64,000 nt of DNA, taken from contig CDMY01001045.1 of assembly GCA_001179505.1 (NCBI GenBank), forward strand, positions 124,001-188,000, written 5' to 3'. The position numbers were made by a program, and so were the translations under genes. Within the stretch, counting starts at the first letter, position 1; each line of letters opens with the position of its first letter. Under the pieces are notes generated by a model. It made no database searches. It was not told the DNA's origin and worked only from the letters and a program-made list of their open reading frames with translations. The stretch comes from Vitrella brassicaformis CCMP3155. Its lineage: Eukaryota > Protista > Chromerida. This document shows, piece by piece, positions 48,908 to 60,736 of this stretch.

Positions 48908-51900
48908 ATGATGATAACGGCTGTCCTTCTGCTGGTTCTGCTCGGAAAGAGAGCCACCGTGGTGACTGCCCAATGTGAGTAGGGGCCAAAACATGTCGTG
49001 ACGATTCTGTCCACGTGCACTAGTCTGTGCTCGTGTGCCGTCCTGTGTTTCATTTGTCAGCCCCCCCTGCGACGAATGAGGCGGGCTTCAGAGCGCTGTT
49101 CGGTACTTCTGACTTCGTCGCGCCGACATGTGCCTCAACGAAGACGGTCACAAATGCAGCTGATTCTGGGGTTGGCACACTACGAGAGGCACTTGGGATG
49201 CTTGAAGCGCAACAGCCCGACACAGAAGCGACCATCCGCTGCATTCGCATCGACTCCAGTGTGACCCAGATCGTCCTGCAAAGCAGTCTCATCTTCAAGG
49301 GGCGCAATGTCTACTTATTCGCTGAAGACATCAGCAATCCGGACTCTTTCCCTGTTGTGAAGGCCCCAGATAGAGCTGAGCTGCTCATTGCAGAGGGAGC
49401 CAATGACTTCACCATTGCTGGCATTCGCATCACCAACAAAGGCGCAGATCGGAACTATGACGCGCCGCGTCAGGTGATTCTTCTCAAACCGAACCGACAG
49501 TCGAATATCAAGGCAAGTGTGGCCTTCTATCGAGTATCCATGGAGGAGTGCAGCAACCCGGATGAAGGATGGTTTTCAGCAGTGCGCATTGAGAAAAACT
49601 ACGCATCTCAGACGGATAGCATTGATGTCTCGTTCTGGGAATCGGCTTTCCACGGAAACGAAGGGAGCGTACTTGAGTGTACTTCGTCAGGATCATATTC
49701 TCCCATCAGGAGGGTCACTCTGAAGAAAACCTTGGTTTATGGAAATCGGATATATGATGGCCCCGATACTACAATTTATTACGCTATGGTGAATCTCCTT
49801 CAATGCGGTGCAGCCATTAATGATACAACATTCGACAGCAACGAGGCTTCGGAAGCCGATTGCGGCACTGCGCCGATCTTGAGACTTGGAGGCCTCGAGC
49901 AGTCCGAAAGAGTGGTCGTCTACGAATCGACTTTCCAAAACAACCACATAAAAGCACAATGCGGGAGCGAAGAGCACGTGATCGTAGTTTCTTACAACGT
50001 CAAGAGCGTGACAATCGAGAAGAGCATCTTTGTTGGCAATACTCGAGAATCTATTGGCCATGGCCGAGTGACATCTTATGACGGGAGTGCGCTCAAAATT
50101 ACCAACATCCACGGTCATACTAAGAGAGTAATACACGGTACTGCTCTTTGATGTTCGAATGTATGTTCTTTAGCTGATGTCGTCGTTACCGATTGCATCT
50201 TCCAAGATAACAGGCCGGGAGCTATCTACATTTACCGGCAATACGGAAATCAATATCATGGACAACGCGGCGCGGTTATTATCAGGGGATCAACATTTAT
50301 GGACAACGCGGCGCTGAGCAGCGATGATGTTGACGACGCGAATAGCCGCTGTGCGCTGTATATACATTGGTATCGTCATGTTGAGGTCGTGGACAACTGT
50401 TTCGTGGAAAACGAGCTCACAACAATGATACACGCGATCGACCGGAATGAAGGCCGCCTCGATACTGAGACATTCACCCTCAGCGGCAATGGGCTCGTAC
50501 CAAGGGCAGTGGGTGGCGAATCAGACGTCTTGTATAAGTTTGAGAACCCGAACCAGTACTACGAAGGCATAATCATCGGTACAAATGAACAGAAGTGCGC
50601 CAACGTATGTGGCAATGGACTAGTGATGCCCGGCATTGAGGAGTGTGATGATGTCGGAACACCTGACAGCCTTGCAACACCAGAAAACGGCGATGGCTGT
50701 AGTGCGTCGTGTACGATCGAAGAGGGGTGGGAGTGTAACAATCTGGAAACATTCGATGATGACGGAGAACGACCTTTACTGCACACGTGGGTGAAGGCAT
50801 ACAGAAAAGGAGAAAAATGAGACACGATGCTTGTGATATAAGTTGGATTGTTCTCTCGTTGGGCTCTCTTGCAGCTCGGCCAATGATCCCCACCCTCAGT
50901 ACCGACACTTTTAGCACTCGAATCTTGCCTTTCACAGTGGGAATTATCCTTTCCGAGCCAGCCAAATCTGGCACTTTTGAGGCCGGTGATATTGCACTTT
51001 CTGGTGCTGCTGAGGCGTCTGTTACTTCTCTGCAAACTGTCTCCAATCAGCACTTCACAGCCAATCTGGAGCCAACTAGCGGCGGCAGTTTAAGTATTGA
51101 GCTGACAGCCGGCAAAGTGGAGCTGCACAATGTGCCTGGCCATTTCAACGAAGATTCCAACGTCTTGACCGTCACAATCGGTGGGTGCACATGTAGAGAG
51201 ACGAGAGGTAGGGCATGAGTGTGGACGCGTTGTGGTTTTCTAGATTCAACCAGACCGACTCCCGTCTTAGCAGCACCAGCGGCCTCTCCTGATCTTATTG
51301 TGGAAAGTGACCCTTTCATTGTGACAGTGATCTTCGACGAGGCTATCAAGACTTCTACACTTACACTCAGTGATTTTAGCGTCACGAACGCTTCCGTGGT
51401 CAGCGTGACTGAGACGGGGGCCTCCAGCGACACCTTTAGCATTGGTGTAGCACCGGATACAGAGGGAGGGGTACAAGTGCAGCTCCCAGAAGGCAAAATT
51501 GAGGACCTGGTCGGCAACCTAAACGCGGCCTCAAACGTCTTGGTAGTTACCTACGGTGGGCATAAAAGCAGACACGTACGTACATACTTTGTGTCTCGCT
51601 TCTTCATGTATTACATGCGCTTCTAGAAATGCCGCCAACAACCATTCCGCCGCCAAAAGCTGAACCTCCCACCACTACGGAAGATGCAGCCCTCCCGCCA
51701 GGTCTTCTTTCTCGCATCCTGGCAAAGAAAAAGCCAAATGCCTACCTGCTTTGTACGTGCCATGCTCAGGTGGAGGCGATGGGCCGCCAGACGGCGAGAA
51801 TGGTGTGCCGCCAGAAGGAGAGAATGGCGAGGCGATAGGTCAGATCCATCAATCGGCCCACCTGTTGGCAATGCACCCGGTGTCTTTTTGCAGGTCCGCC

Positions 51901-52962
51901 CGATCCGTCAGATGGAGAGACGCTGCCGCCTCTTCCGCCAAACATACCCTTTGATCAGGTGGAGATTTCGTCAGGGAGCTCAGATGGCGATCCAGCGGAA
52001 GGTTGCCAAATGTCCTACTCAGCAGCAGGAGGTGATCACATGCATCCATGCATACGTCAAATGCTCTTTTGATTGTCGCATTATTTACTCATTTGTTGCC
52101 AGATGTGCGTTTGGCCTGTGCCGACTCAGAAAGCAGGAAGTTCATTTCTCTGGCCGAGAGCAGCGTGATCGTGCACGTCGAAGGCTCGAGACATGATGAC
52201 ACTTTGAGGGGCAACAGCCAAGACAACACTTTGGTTGGAGGCGATGGAGCGGACACACTCGATGGGCGCGGAGGCGTCGACCAGCTCGCTGGCGGCAGAG
52301 GTGCTGACACCTTTGTCGTCTCGGATGTGCCGTGTGATGTGACAATTCTCGACTTCGACACCGGCAGCACTCACGATCGGGTGAACCTTGTCAGCTTCGC
52401 CTCACTCACGAAGATGAGCGATCTACAGGAGAGAATGACCAGCGGCAGCGTGATCCTCGACCTCGATCCGAGCCACAGAGTGCGGATCCTCCACCGGACA
52501 CTTCAGGAGATTTTCGACCCCAGATACTTCCTGTTGACTAGTGAGCTCGAGACAGAGGGCGTGGCGAAAGACGAGGAATGCGGCTGGTTCACCTACAGCC
52601 GACCTGAATGTGTCGATACAATCCTTTCCATCGTATTGGGCATCGTCGGTGTGGCCGGCCTGGGTATTGGGACATGGCAAGTCGTCCATAACTTTTTGAG
52701 GCGGGGCCAGAATCCGACACCAGAGGCGGGAGAGAAGCCGACAGAGAAGGAAGAGGGGATGGATCACCGGAAGCGATCCATATCTGACACTCGAGACAGC
52801 CGCAAAAGGAGGTACCTTGAGACCAAAACCGAGCGGCGAGTCTTGGGAAGCGACTTTGTCCAGGGCCTGCAGGAGGAAAAGCCATCAGGAGATGAGAGCG
52901 GGTCGCGTGGAAGGGTGGAGGACGCTGCTGCGTCTGACCTTTCTTTTCTGTCGTACTTATAA
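48908..52962 (+). CDS. Type I surface protein with beta-helix-like region, Myxococcus-type Cys-rich repeat, two bacterial Ig-like domains, RTX Ca-binding nonapeptides and a TM anchor
   Basis: Signal exon MMITAVLLLVLLGKRATVVTAQ; TVTNAADSGVGTLREAL; repeated STF-x-x-N turns; CGNGLVMPGIEECDD...NGDGCSASCTIEEGWEC (50608-50736). Ig-like exons at 50873-51181 and 51244-51556. GSRHDDTLR-GNSQDNTLV-GGDGADTLD-GRGGVDQLA-GGRGADTFV (52183-52317), then TM ILSIVLGIVGVAGLGIGTWQVV. Confidence 0.85.
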
Positions 52963-53224
52963 GACAATTTTTTTTGCGTGTCGGTCATCAGACAGGTTTT
53001 TGCACTTCTCATATGTGTCAAGTCTGATGCAAAAACCTGTCACTATTGCCTAATCTGAATCCCTCATGCTAATCGATCGATGGCTATGCTATCTGTGTCT
53101 CTAACATGATATTCTATATTTCATCGCCGCCCGCCGGCAGATCCGGGAGGGAGAGGAGCGGCACAAAGAGCTGCTCGATTAAAAAAAGCAACACTGGCTG
53201 CTTATTCACACTTCTCTCTCCCTT

Positions 53225-53264
<40 letters not shown>

Positions 53265-53279
53265 TGTGTGGATGTCAGA

Positions 53280-55325
53280 GTTGGGTGTGTTGTGTTCGTT
53301 GGCTTGTCGGGCGGATGCCGTGGAGGCGCACGAGAAGAGCTTCATCGAGAATGCATCCGCGGCCCTCCACGATCCGCGCACCCAGAGGGACCGACAGATG
53401 GCCAGCCTCAACAAACAACATCACGCACAAATCAAACCACTCCAGCAGCAACACAACNNNNNNNNNNNNNNNNNNNNNNNNNNNNNNNNNNNNNNNNNNN
53501 NNNNNNNNNNNNNNNNNNNNNNNNNNNNNNNNNNNNNNNNNNNNNNNNNNNNNNNNNNNNNNNNNNNNNNNNNNNNNNNNNNNNNNNNNNNNNNNNNNNN
53601 NNNNNNNNNNNNNNNNNNNNNNNNNNNNNNNNNNNNNNNNNNNNNNNNNNNNNNNNNNNNNNNNNNNNNNNNNNNNNNNNNNNNNNNNNNNNNNNNNNNN
53701 NNNNNNNNNNNNNNNNNNNNNNNNNNNNNNNNNNNNNNNNNNNNNNNNNNNNNNNNNTGCTGTGCTGCACGCCTTCATGCATACGTGCCTTGCATGTGTT
53801 TTGTCGACCTTTTCGACGTCCTGTTGCGTTCTTTTGCTTCGAGTGTGTGTGGGAGGCACTGCACGTGTGGTGTGCGCTGGGGATTGTTCGCATTGTTCGC
53901 CTTGCTGGGAATGACCTTGTCGCGTTGCTGCTTTGCCTTCTGCATATTGCTCACGTGGACGTTTCACTCTGCAAACCATGAATACACCCATGACTGGCCT
54001 GTACGGCTCTGCTGCATACATAGTCTCTTTCCTCCCTCTTTCGCCGGGTGTACAATAAGTACATAGACACATGCGATCCGATCGATGCGCTGCCGAGACA
54101 CAACTCGATCTCGCGTCAACTCTCTCGCTCTGCCTGTCGCCCGCCCACTACACACACACACACACACACACATACACACACATGAGTGTCTCTCCGCATG
54201 ACCAGCCAGCCCCACTCGATGACATCTCGCCCATGACGGCAGCCGACACGGCCCGTCAGCTTGCCGAGCTGTCCTTGTTGCTGAAGGCGCTGCCGGCCCG
54301 ATATCTGTCGGTGGCCGAGCTGCACGCCAGGGCCGAGTACGTCGACGCGGTGGACAAGTGCGGCCAGCTGGAGAGGGCAAAGGAAGCGGCCAGGAAGGAC
54401 GTCGAAGACATGAAGAAAGGTCAGCTGGGAGAGACATCCATAAATCCATCGGTCGATCGGCTGCTCTGCTGTTCTGTCTGCGTCTTCACTTCCCCATTCA
54501 CCGATCGGTGTGTGTGTGTGTGAGTGTCAGCGTGTGCTGAGGCTGAGGAGAGGATCGCATCGATCAGACGGGAGACGCGACAAGTGCGTGTGTGTCTCTG
54601 TGTGTCTGCCCCACTCATTCATTCATTCATTCATTTATTCGGTGTCTCTCTCGCTGCCAGGTCTATGCCCACATTTCTCAACTGACCTGCGACCTCCACA
54701 AGACACAACAGGTCTGACTTCATGACCCACACATCCATCCATCCACAAATCCTCGCTGCTGTGTGCTGTCCATCTATGTGTGTGCAGGAGCAGCACGAGT
54801 GCGAGGCCAAGTGGCAATCGCTGCAAAAACGTCTGGCCGCCGCACAGCAAGTCACCAAACAAACAAAGATGCAGACACAGACACAGAGACAGGCGATAGA
54901 TGCTCTCGGTGTGTGTGGCTCAGGAGCATGACGTCATGCTCAGACACGAGGACAAGACCGCCAAAATGACAAATGAAAACAAAGTGAGAAGAGGCTGCTT
55001 TGGCAGCATCTCACCTGTCTGTCTGTCTGTCTGTCTCAAGGTCTGTCTGTCTGTCTGTCATTGTGCTTGCTGCAGAGCGAAGACGAGACACACAGTAGGC
55101 CCCCGACAATGCGCACAAACGAGCGGCGCAACAACTACAAGAAGCAGCGCCGGTCAGCCAGCCCGTCCTCATGGTGTCGGCCGATGTGACTGACGCACAC
55201 AAAGTGAGTGCCTAAATTGTCCTTGGTGCGTGCAGGTCGTTTTATGACGTCCCGCAAGTCATCAACAGACCGACGGACGACGGCCACGCGGTGAGACAGG
55301 CGAAGGGCGTAGATCGTGTGTGGTG
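53280..55325 (+). CDS. Gene Y: coiled-coil protein paralogous to the kinase C-terminal tail, lacking the kinase domain
   Basis: Exons ADAVEAHEKSFIENASAALHDPRTQRDRQMASLNKQ, MTAADTARQLAELSLLLKALPARY, EQHECEAKWQSLQKRL and SFYDVPQVINRP...VW* (55325). Start unresolved; contains a gap. Confidence 0.5.
53458..53757. other. Scaffold gap (300 N)
   Basis: Run of N. The inverted copy suggests the missing sequence is ~580 bp (24854-25436). Confidence 1.
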
Positions 55326-55623
55326 ACGCACGAGTTGGCGGCTGTGTGTCTTGTCTTGTGGAGTGGATCTGTCCGACATGATGCAGTCGGGCGGTGTGTG
55401 ATGAGATGTCAACCGAATGAAGAGCTCACTTGTCAGCTGCAGGGCGGACAGACAGAGATGGATGGAAAAGCTAGCTTATTTGCTTATCTGTTTGTGTGGA
55501 CAAAGAGACAAACACAGACTGACCCGTGTATATGGCGTAATCAAGAACGAGGGGAGGAAGGAAGCCTTACTTTCGATACGTGCAACCTATCCACACATAT
55601 CGACTGTCCGTCCCCAATTCCAT

Positions 55624-58600
55624 TCACCCGTCCACCCGCCCACCCGCCCACTCGTCCAGTTCTTGCAATGGGTCATTTGCGATCACTGTGTCACATGTCT
55701 CATCAGCCCTCTTCCTTCTGCCACGCTTCCTGTCGCCTTCTGTCACCTCTCCCGCTCCCATGCTCAACGCCGGCGCCTCTGGTGAAGGCGCCGATGGAGA
55801 ACTTACCATTGAGTCACTTGACCCACTCTGGTCGTTATCCGCACCTTGCTCGCCAACCCGGGGCCGTCTCCTCTTCGGTGCGCCTCCATTCGGATATCGG
55901 GGCTCGGGGGAGGCATTGAGGATGTTGTCCAAGGCATACGGGTCCGCAACACCAGCAACAGTGGTGCTGTGAGGGCCCGGGATCGAGGAGGCTGAGGTGA
56001 CGATAGACAATCAAATGGCAGTGTATCAGAGCATACCGGATGCTCTGGTTTTTTCGCACCTGGCTCCTCTCGTTGGCGTCTCGGAGGGCGAGCGGCGACT
56101 GGGCCAGGGACTGGCAAAGAGTAAATTGCTTGATGCGATGGTGGAAAGTCAGCAGCTGACTGCGACAATGCAGGTAGGCCGTTCACGGCTGCTGCGATGG
56201 CAGGCTGAGGCTCACAGACGGGGGGCTTTTTGCTGGCGTCGGGCTCGAGAGAGAGCAGATCGGCTAGCGAGGGGTCAACAGCGCCTTCCCTTGCGGCCTG
56301 GGCTATCCCTGGACACGACACGTGAATATACGACACCTGCAATTCTTTGTATCTGCCCTGTTCTCATACCTGGCCTGAATGGGACAAATCGCGGCTGGGA
56401 GGGCTGGGAGGGGGCAGGCTGCCCCACAAATGGGACCGCCTCCATTGCCGTGGGTGCGGCGTCCTCGGGCGATGGCTGCTCGCTCTCATCGTGTGTCGGG
56501 TCCCTGGTGTCTGCCATTCGCTTCTGAAACAGCCCACACATCCAGTTCGTCATTCCAGCCGGTAGGTAGCCCGACTCATCTTCCCACCTCTGCTTCTTCT
56601 GCTTCTTCTGCTTCCTGTGTGCGTCCCTCCACTTCGTCCTCAATATCTTCCTGCGGCATTTCATCCTTGTGCTTGGCCTCTCCTTCCTGCCAATGGTAAG
56701 AAATCGAGCGGGACGTGGCTTAGCTGCGTCGCTGCTGCGTTGTGCTCCATGTGCTCACGAAGGCTGGCAGTGGTTGCACTTGCGCAGGTACTTCGAGTGC
56801 GGCAGGCTCTTCGGGTGGTGGCGTCACTGGAATGGGCGGCTGCGCAATGGGCTCCTCTAGCGCTTCGTCAGCATCATCATGATGGCCGAGTGTGCTCGAG
56901 GGGGGCACGCCTGAGGGATCCAGCGTCTGCATGGGCAGCTCGTCAACCGCGGTTTGTCGACTGTTTTGGGGCAGAGGGACAGGAGGGGCACTTCGCGGAG
57001 CCTCCTGCTCGCTGACTGTAGACGCTTTCTTCTTGACGGCTTTGCCACTTGCTCGCCTTCCGGCACGACCTCCTGCTCGAGCGGGCTTGGGGCTCTCCTT
57101 TCTGCTGACAGCCTTCGCTGGCGGCTTCTTGGGCATTTCCTTCGGGCGTTTCTGAACCGAACGAGGGGGGCTTGGCGGTGGAGAGACACCAGACGGGAGA
57201 AGACTGATTTAAGTGATGGACAGACATGCAGACATGCAGAGGAACGTGCGTGGGCTCATACTGTGAGGGCAGGATGGCTTTGACGTCCATCGGCAGGCTC
57301 TCATAGGCCGCATGCACATGGGCGTCGAGCCGGCTTGCTTCGCTTGTGCGCGTCTCGATTTTCTTCTTCAGGTCGGCTAGCTGCAAGCAAGCAAGCAAGA
57401 AGCCATGTGTCTGTGAAGGGGCCTCAGTGGACTGCAGCTCATGAAGGTACCTACCTGCTCCTGCATCCGTTTGCCCGATTGCCTGAGCTCCTTCAGGTTG
57501 TGTGCGTGCTCCTGCTGCAGCCGCTCCCTCAACCCGAACTCCTACGCATTCAAGTGAGAGCAATGAGCAATTCGTCCAGCCAGCAGACAGACTTATCTAT
57601 CCGTAGGTGCGTGAGTGCATACATACATAGTCGATCTCCCTTCTCAGTCTGGCCGCACTCTTGGCCGACTCTTCCCTCTTCTTGACCTCTTTGGCAGATA
57701 GTGATCGCCCGGCCGGCACGGTATCGCCTTCGGGCACGTGAATGCCCCGCTGACGGAGAAGACCGAGACACTCCCCTATTCGCGCCTGGAGGCTGGATAT
57801 GTGCTCCTGGTGCCTGGAAAGACAGACAGACAGACAGACAGGCAGGCAGAGACATGCGTTGCAGCAGAGCAAAGAGGTGCAGCCTGTTTGGTTCCCTTCC
57901 TGCCTGCCTGCCTGCCTGCCTTTGCGAGCTCTCTGTGTCTCTGAGTATCGCCTGCTTCAGACGCAACGTTCTCTCCATCCAGTGCTGCACCTGTGGCCCA
58001 ACAGCAGAGCAGCTGAGCGACGGTTTACTTATAAGTCCCTGTCTGGTGTCTTATTACCTACCTCGGTGGTCAGGGCTTCCAAAGCTTTGGTCAGCTTGAT
58101 CTCGGCGCGGTCGTTCCTGTTCAGGACCTCCAGTTGGCGGCCCTTGCGCTTGTTCTCCGCCTGCATCTCCCGATTCACCTGCGAAAGAGCCGCAACCCTC
58201 TCGTCAAGCTGCAAGCCCATACACATGCAACTTGTACACATGGCATGTAGTGTCTCATACATATCGTCTGACTGGAATGGCTGTCGGCCGGCTGACTTAC
58301 TTACCTCTTTGATTCTGCCCTTGAGCCTGACAGCTAAAGCTGGGTCTGAAGCCTTGTTGAGGAGACGCTGGAGATGGACCAGCTGGAACGAAACCGGGGA
58401 AAGAGCATTCATTGTTTGCGTTTGCATGCGGTCTTTCCTGCCATCCGTACTGTACCTCTCTTTTGCTGTTTTCCAGCTGCTTTTGAGTGTTTTGGGTATC
58501 CTCATCTCTGACCTGTACCCGGGAGCGAGGCTGCCGACCTGCAAATAGACACAGCAGTCAGTGACATGCATGACTGCGCTATAGCTGTGTGACAGATACA

Positions 58601-59250
58601 CATTCTGCGCACCTCCCTGGCTGCCCATCTTCGTGGTATACGCCGTTTCAAGCATCGTCATTGATGCATCCATGTCTCGGAGGAAGGAACGCACCAGCTG
58701 GTTCTCACTCTGGATGGCTTGCATGTCTTCGGGACGGTTCTGCAGTGACATCACACAAAAACATGCAGTGATGGCTTGCAGCATTCGGACAAGCTTTGAG
58801 CTTCTCTCTCACCGGGTGTAACCTCAGGAATTTCCCGGCATCTCTCACGTGTCTTTTGGCCTTGAGGAGCTCCCTCGACTCGGCCAGCCCCAGCCCCAGG
58901 ATCTTCGCTGGCCTTGATGGCGCCGACAGGGAGTGCGTGTGGTCCTGCTGCCTTTTGGATGAGAAATCAGATACAGTGGAGGGGTCATCTGGGGCATCAC
59001 CCGCAGCAGCGGCTGTCGTCGTTACTGCCTGCATGATGTCGGTGTACTCCTCTGTATATTCGCTCAGTTCTGTCGTGTGTGGCTCATCCCAACCGTGACG
59101 CTTCAAGCTGTCGCTCTGTCTCAGGCTCATCCTTCGTGAGCTCGCAGAGCTCCTAGCTCGCTCTCCTATGGATGGACAAAGAGACTGTGAAGGACACCTT
59201 CGAGTTGAGGAATCCGAGATCTGGCACCCGGCATCCATTTTCATCGTCAT
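55624..59250 (-). CDS. Large coiled-coil protein with low-complexity Pro/Ser/Lys-rich C-terminus
   Basis: Heptad-rich exons (LDERVAALSQVNREMQAENKRKGRQLEVL; LADLKKKIETRTSEASRL; QSENQLVRSFLRDMD) splice into KRPKEMPKKPPAKAVSRKESPK.... No family recognised; could be two genes. Confidence 0.5.
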
Positions 59251-59285
59251 ACTTCATCGAAGCCTCTGAGCTACCGCCAACCACC

Positions 59286-60171
59286 ATGGTGAACCACGGC
59301 TTGAATCACTTTACCATCGCCACCCCAGATCTGAAGTCCAACATCGAGTTCTACAGGTAGATAAGGAAAAGAATGAACCCCTTTGTCTGAGTTGATCTTC
59401 CTGCAATCGGATGCTGTGCTGCAATTGCAATTGGGTGCTGCCTGCAGGGATGTCCTTGGTTTGGTGCATGGCCCTCCCCTGTCCAACACATCTCCTGTGA
59501 GTGAGAAGACGGGAATCACTCACTGATTGTTTATCTGAGGCTTCCTTCCTTCCCTGTGAATCCTTGTGTGTGTGCCTGTTAGGGTGCGTACATGTATTTG
59601 CCGGGTACAGACACACAGCCAGTGGTCCATATGATTGATTCCTCAAAGTGGAAGGACGACAACAACTTGGACTTCCGGCTCGACGCCAAGCCTTCGGAGC
59701 CGCTGGTGGCTGACGGCAGGGCCGGCCACAGGACGGGAGGCCTCGAGCATATCGCATTCGTGCTGGACGCCGAAGGTGCGCGCGCACACACACAGAGAGA
59801 GTCGGGCAGTCGGTAGGTGTTTCATGAAGGCGTGCGTGTGGGTGGCAGATTTCGCGCCCATGAAGCAACGGTTGGTTTCCATGTCGATAGAGCATGTGGA
59901 GGGCAATGACAATGCACCACAGGTGCGCACGCACGTGAGGACATCCATCATGCGGAGAACACCTTCATGGTGCGGTTGGTTGGCTGTGCCATTCATTCAG
60001 GTGCGGCAGTTGTGGTTTTTTGGTGAGTCTGGGAGGGAGGGAGGGAGGAAGAGATGAGCTCTCTGCATCGTGTGTGTGTGTGTGTCTGTGTGTGTGTCTG
60101 TGTCTGTGTTGTCTTGTGCAGACCCCCAGGGGATAAAGCTGGAGCTGAATTTTGTCGCCCAGGACAAGTGA
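59286..60171 (+). CDS. Vicinal oxygen chelate (glyoxalase/bleomycin resistance) family protein
   Basis: MVNHGLNHFTIATPDLKSNIEFYR-DVLGL, GGLEHIAF, VRQLWFF-DPQGIKLELNF*. Metal ligands H, H and E are in VOC positions. An alternative in-frame ATG is at 59172. Confidence 0.88.
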
Positions 60172-60736
60172 CGAATAAATTAAAGTGGTTGTAGCGTTGC
60201 GTGAGTGATTTGATGTATGTCCGGCAGTAGGGTGGGTGGGTGTACATATGTCGGTGGAGAGACCTAGGCTGTCGTGGGCAGGGCAGACACTTCGTGTACG
60301 TGTGACTGGGTGCTTCTGGTGTATTGGTTGGAGTCACAAGTGGGGTGGGAGCAGACGATATGCGACGGTGGAAGTCCATCGAGGCACAATCAATGAGTGA
60401 TTGAATGAACAGTGAGGGAGAGTCCTGGCTGACGGCCCGACCGATGCCATCAATCAGTCGACAAAGGAAAGAGTCACGCCAACACAGCACTCACGAACAC
60501 GCCTTGTCGCGTCGCGTACACACGCACATATCTGAGCTGCCTTCGTTGTCAGTCAGACACCGGCCATGCCATGCGTATGTACAGCGATGGATGGATTGGA
60601 TCCTTGGCAGCGGTCAGGGAGCACCATGTACATGCGAACGTATGATGCCTCATGCACGGCAATGCACCATCGTCGGCCCACACCCACACACATGTCAGCC
60701 ATGCTCTCGATGCAGGCAGGGCGGGCGGGAGCATGC

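Larger units (their letters stand above)
52736..55523. repeat. Inverted copy of 23133-26158; the kinase-shared tail repeat proper is ~53795-55523
   Basis: Direct base comparison; see the 23133-26158 entry. Confidence 0.9.

Noticed and set aside
55997-56527. Plus-strand ORF with a weak F-box-like start (YQSIPDALVFSHL)
   Set aside because: Lies antisense to the minus-strand coiled-coil gene exons and has no supporting splice signals.
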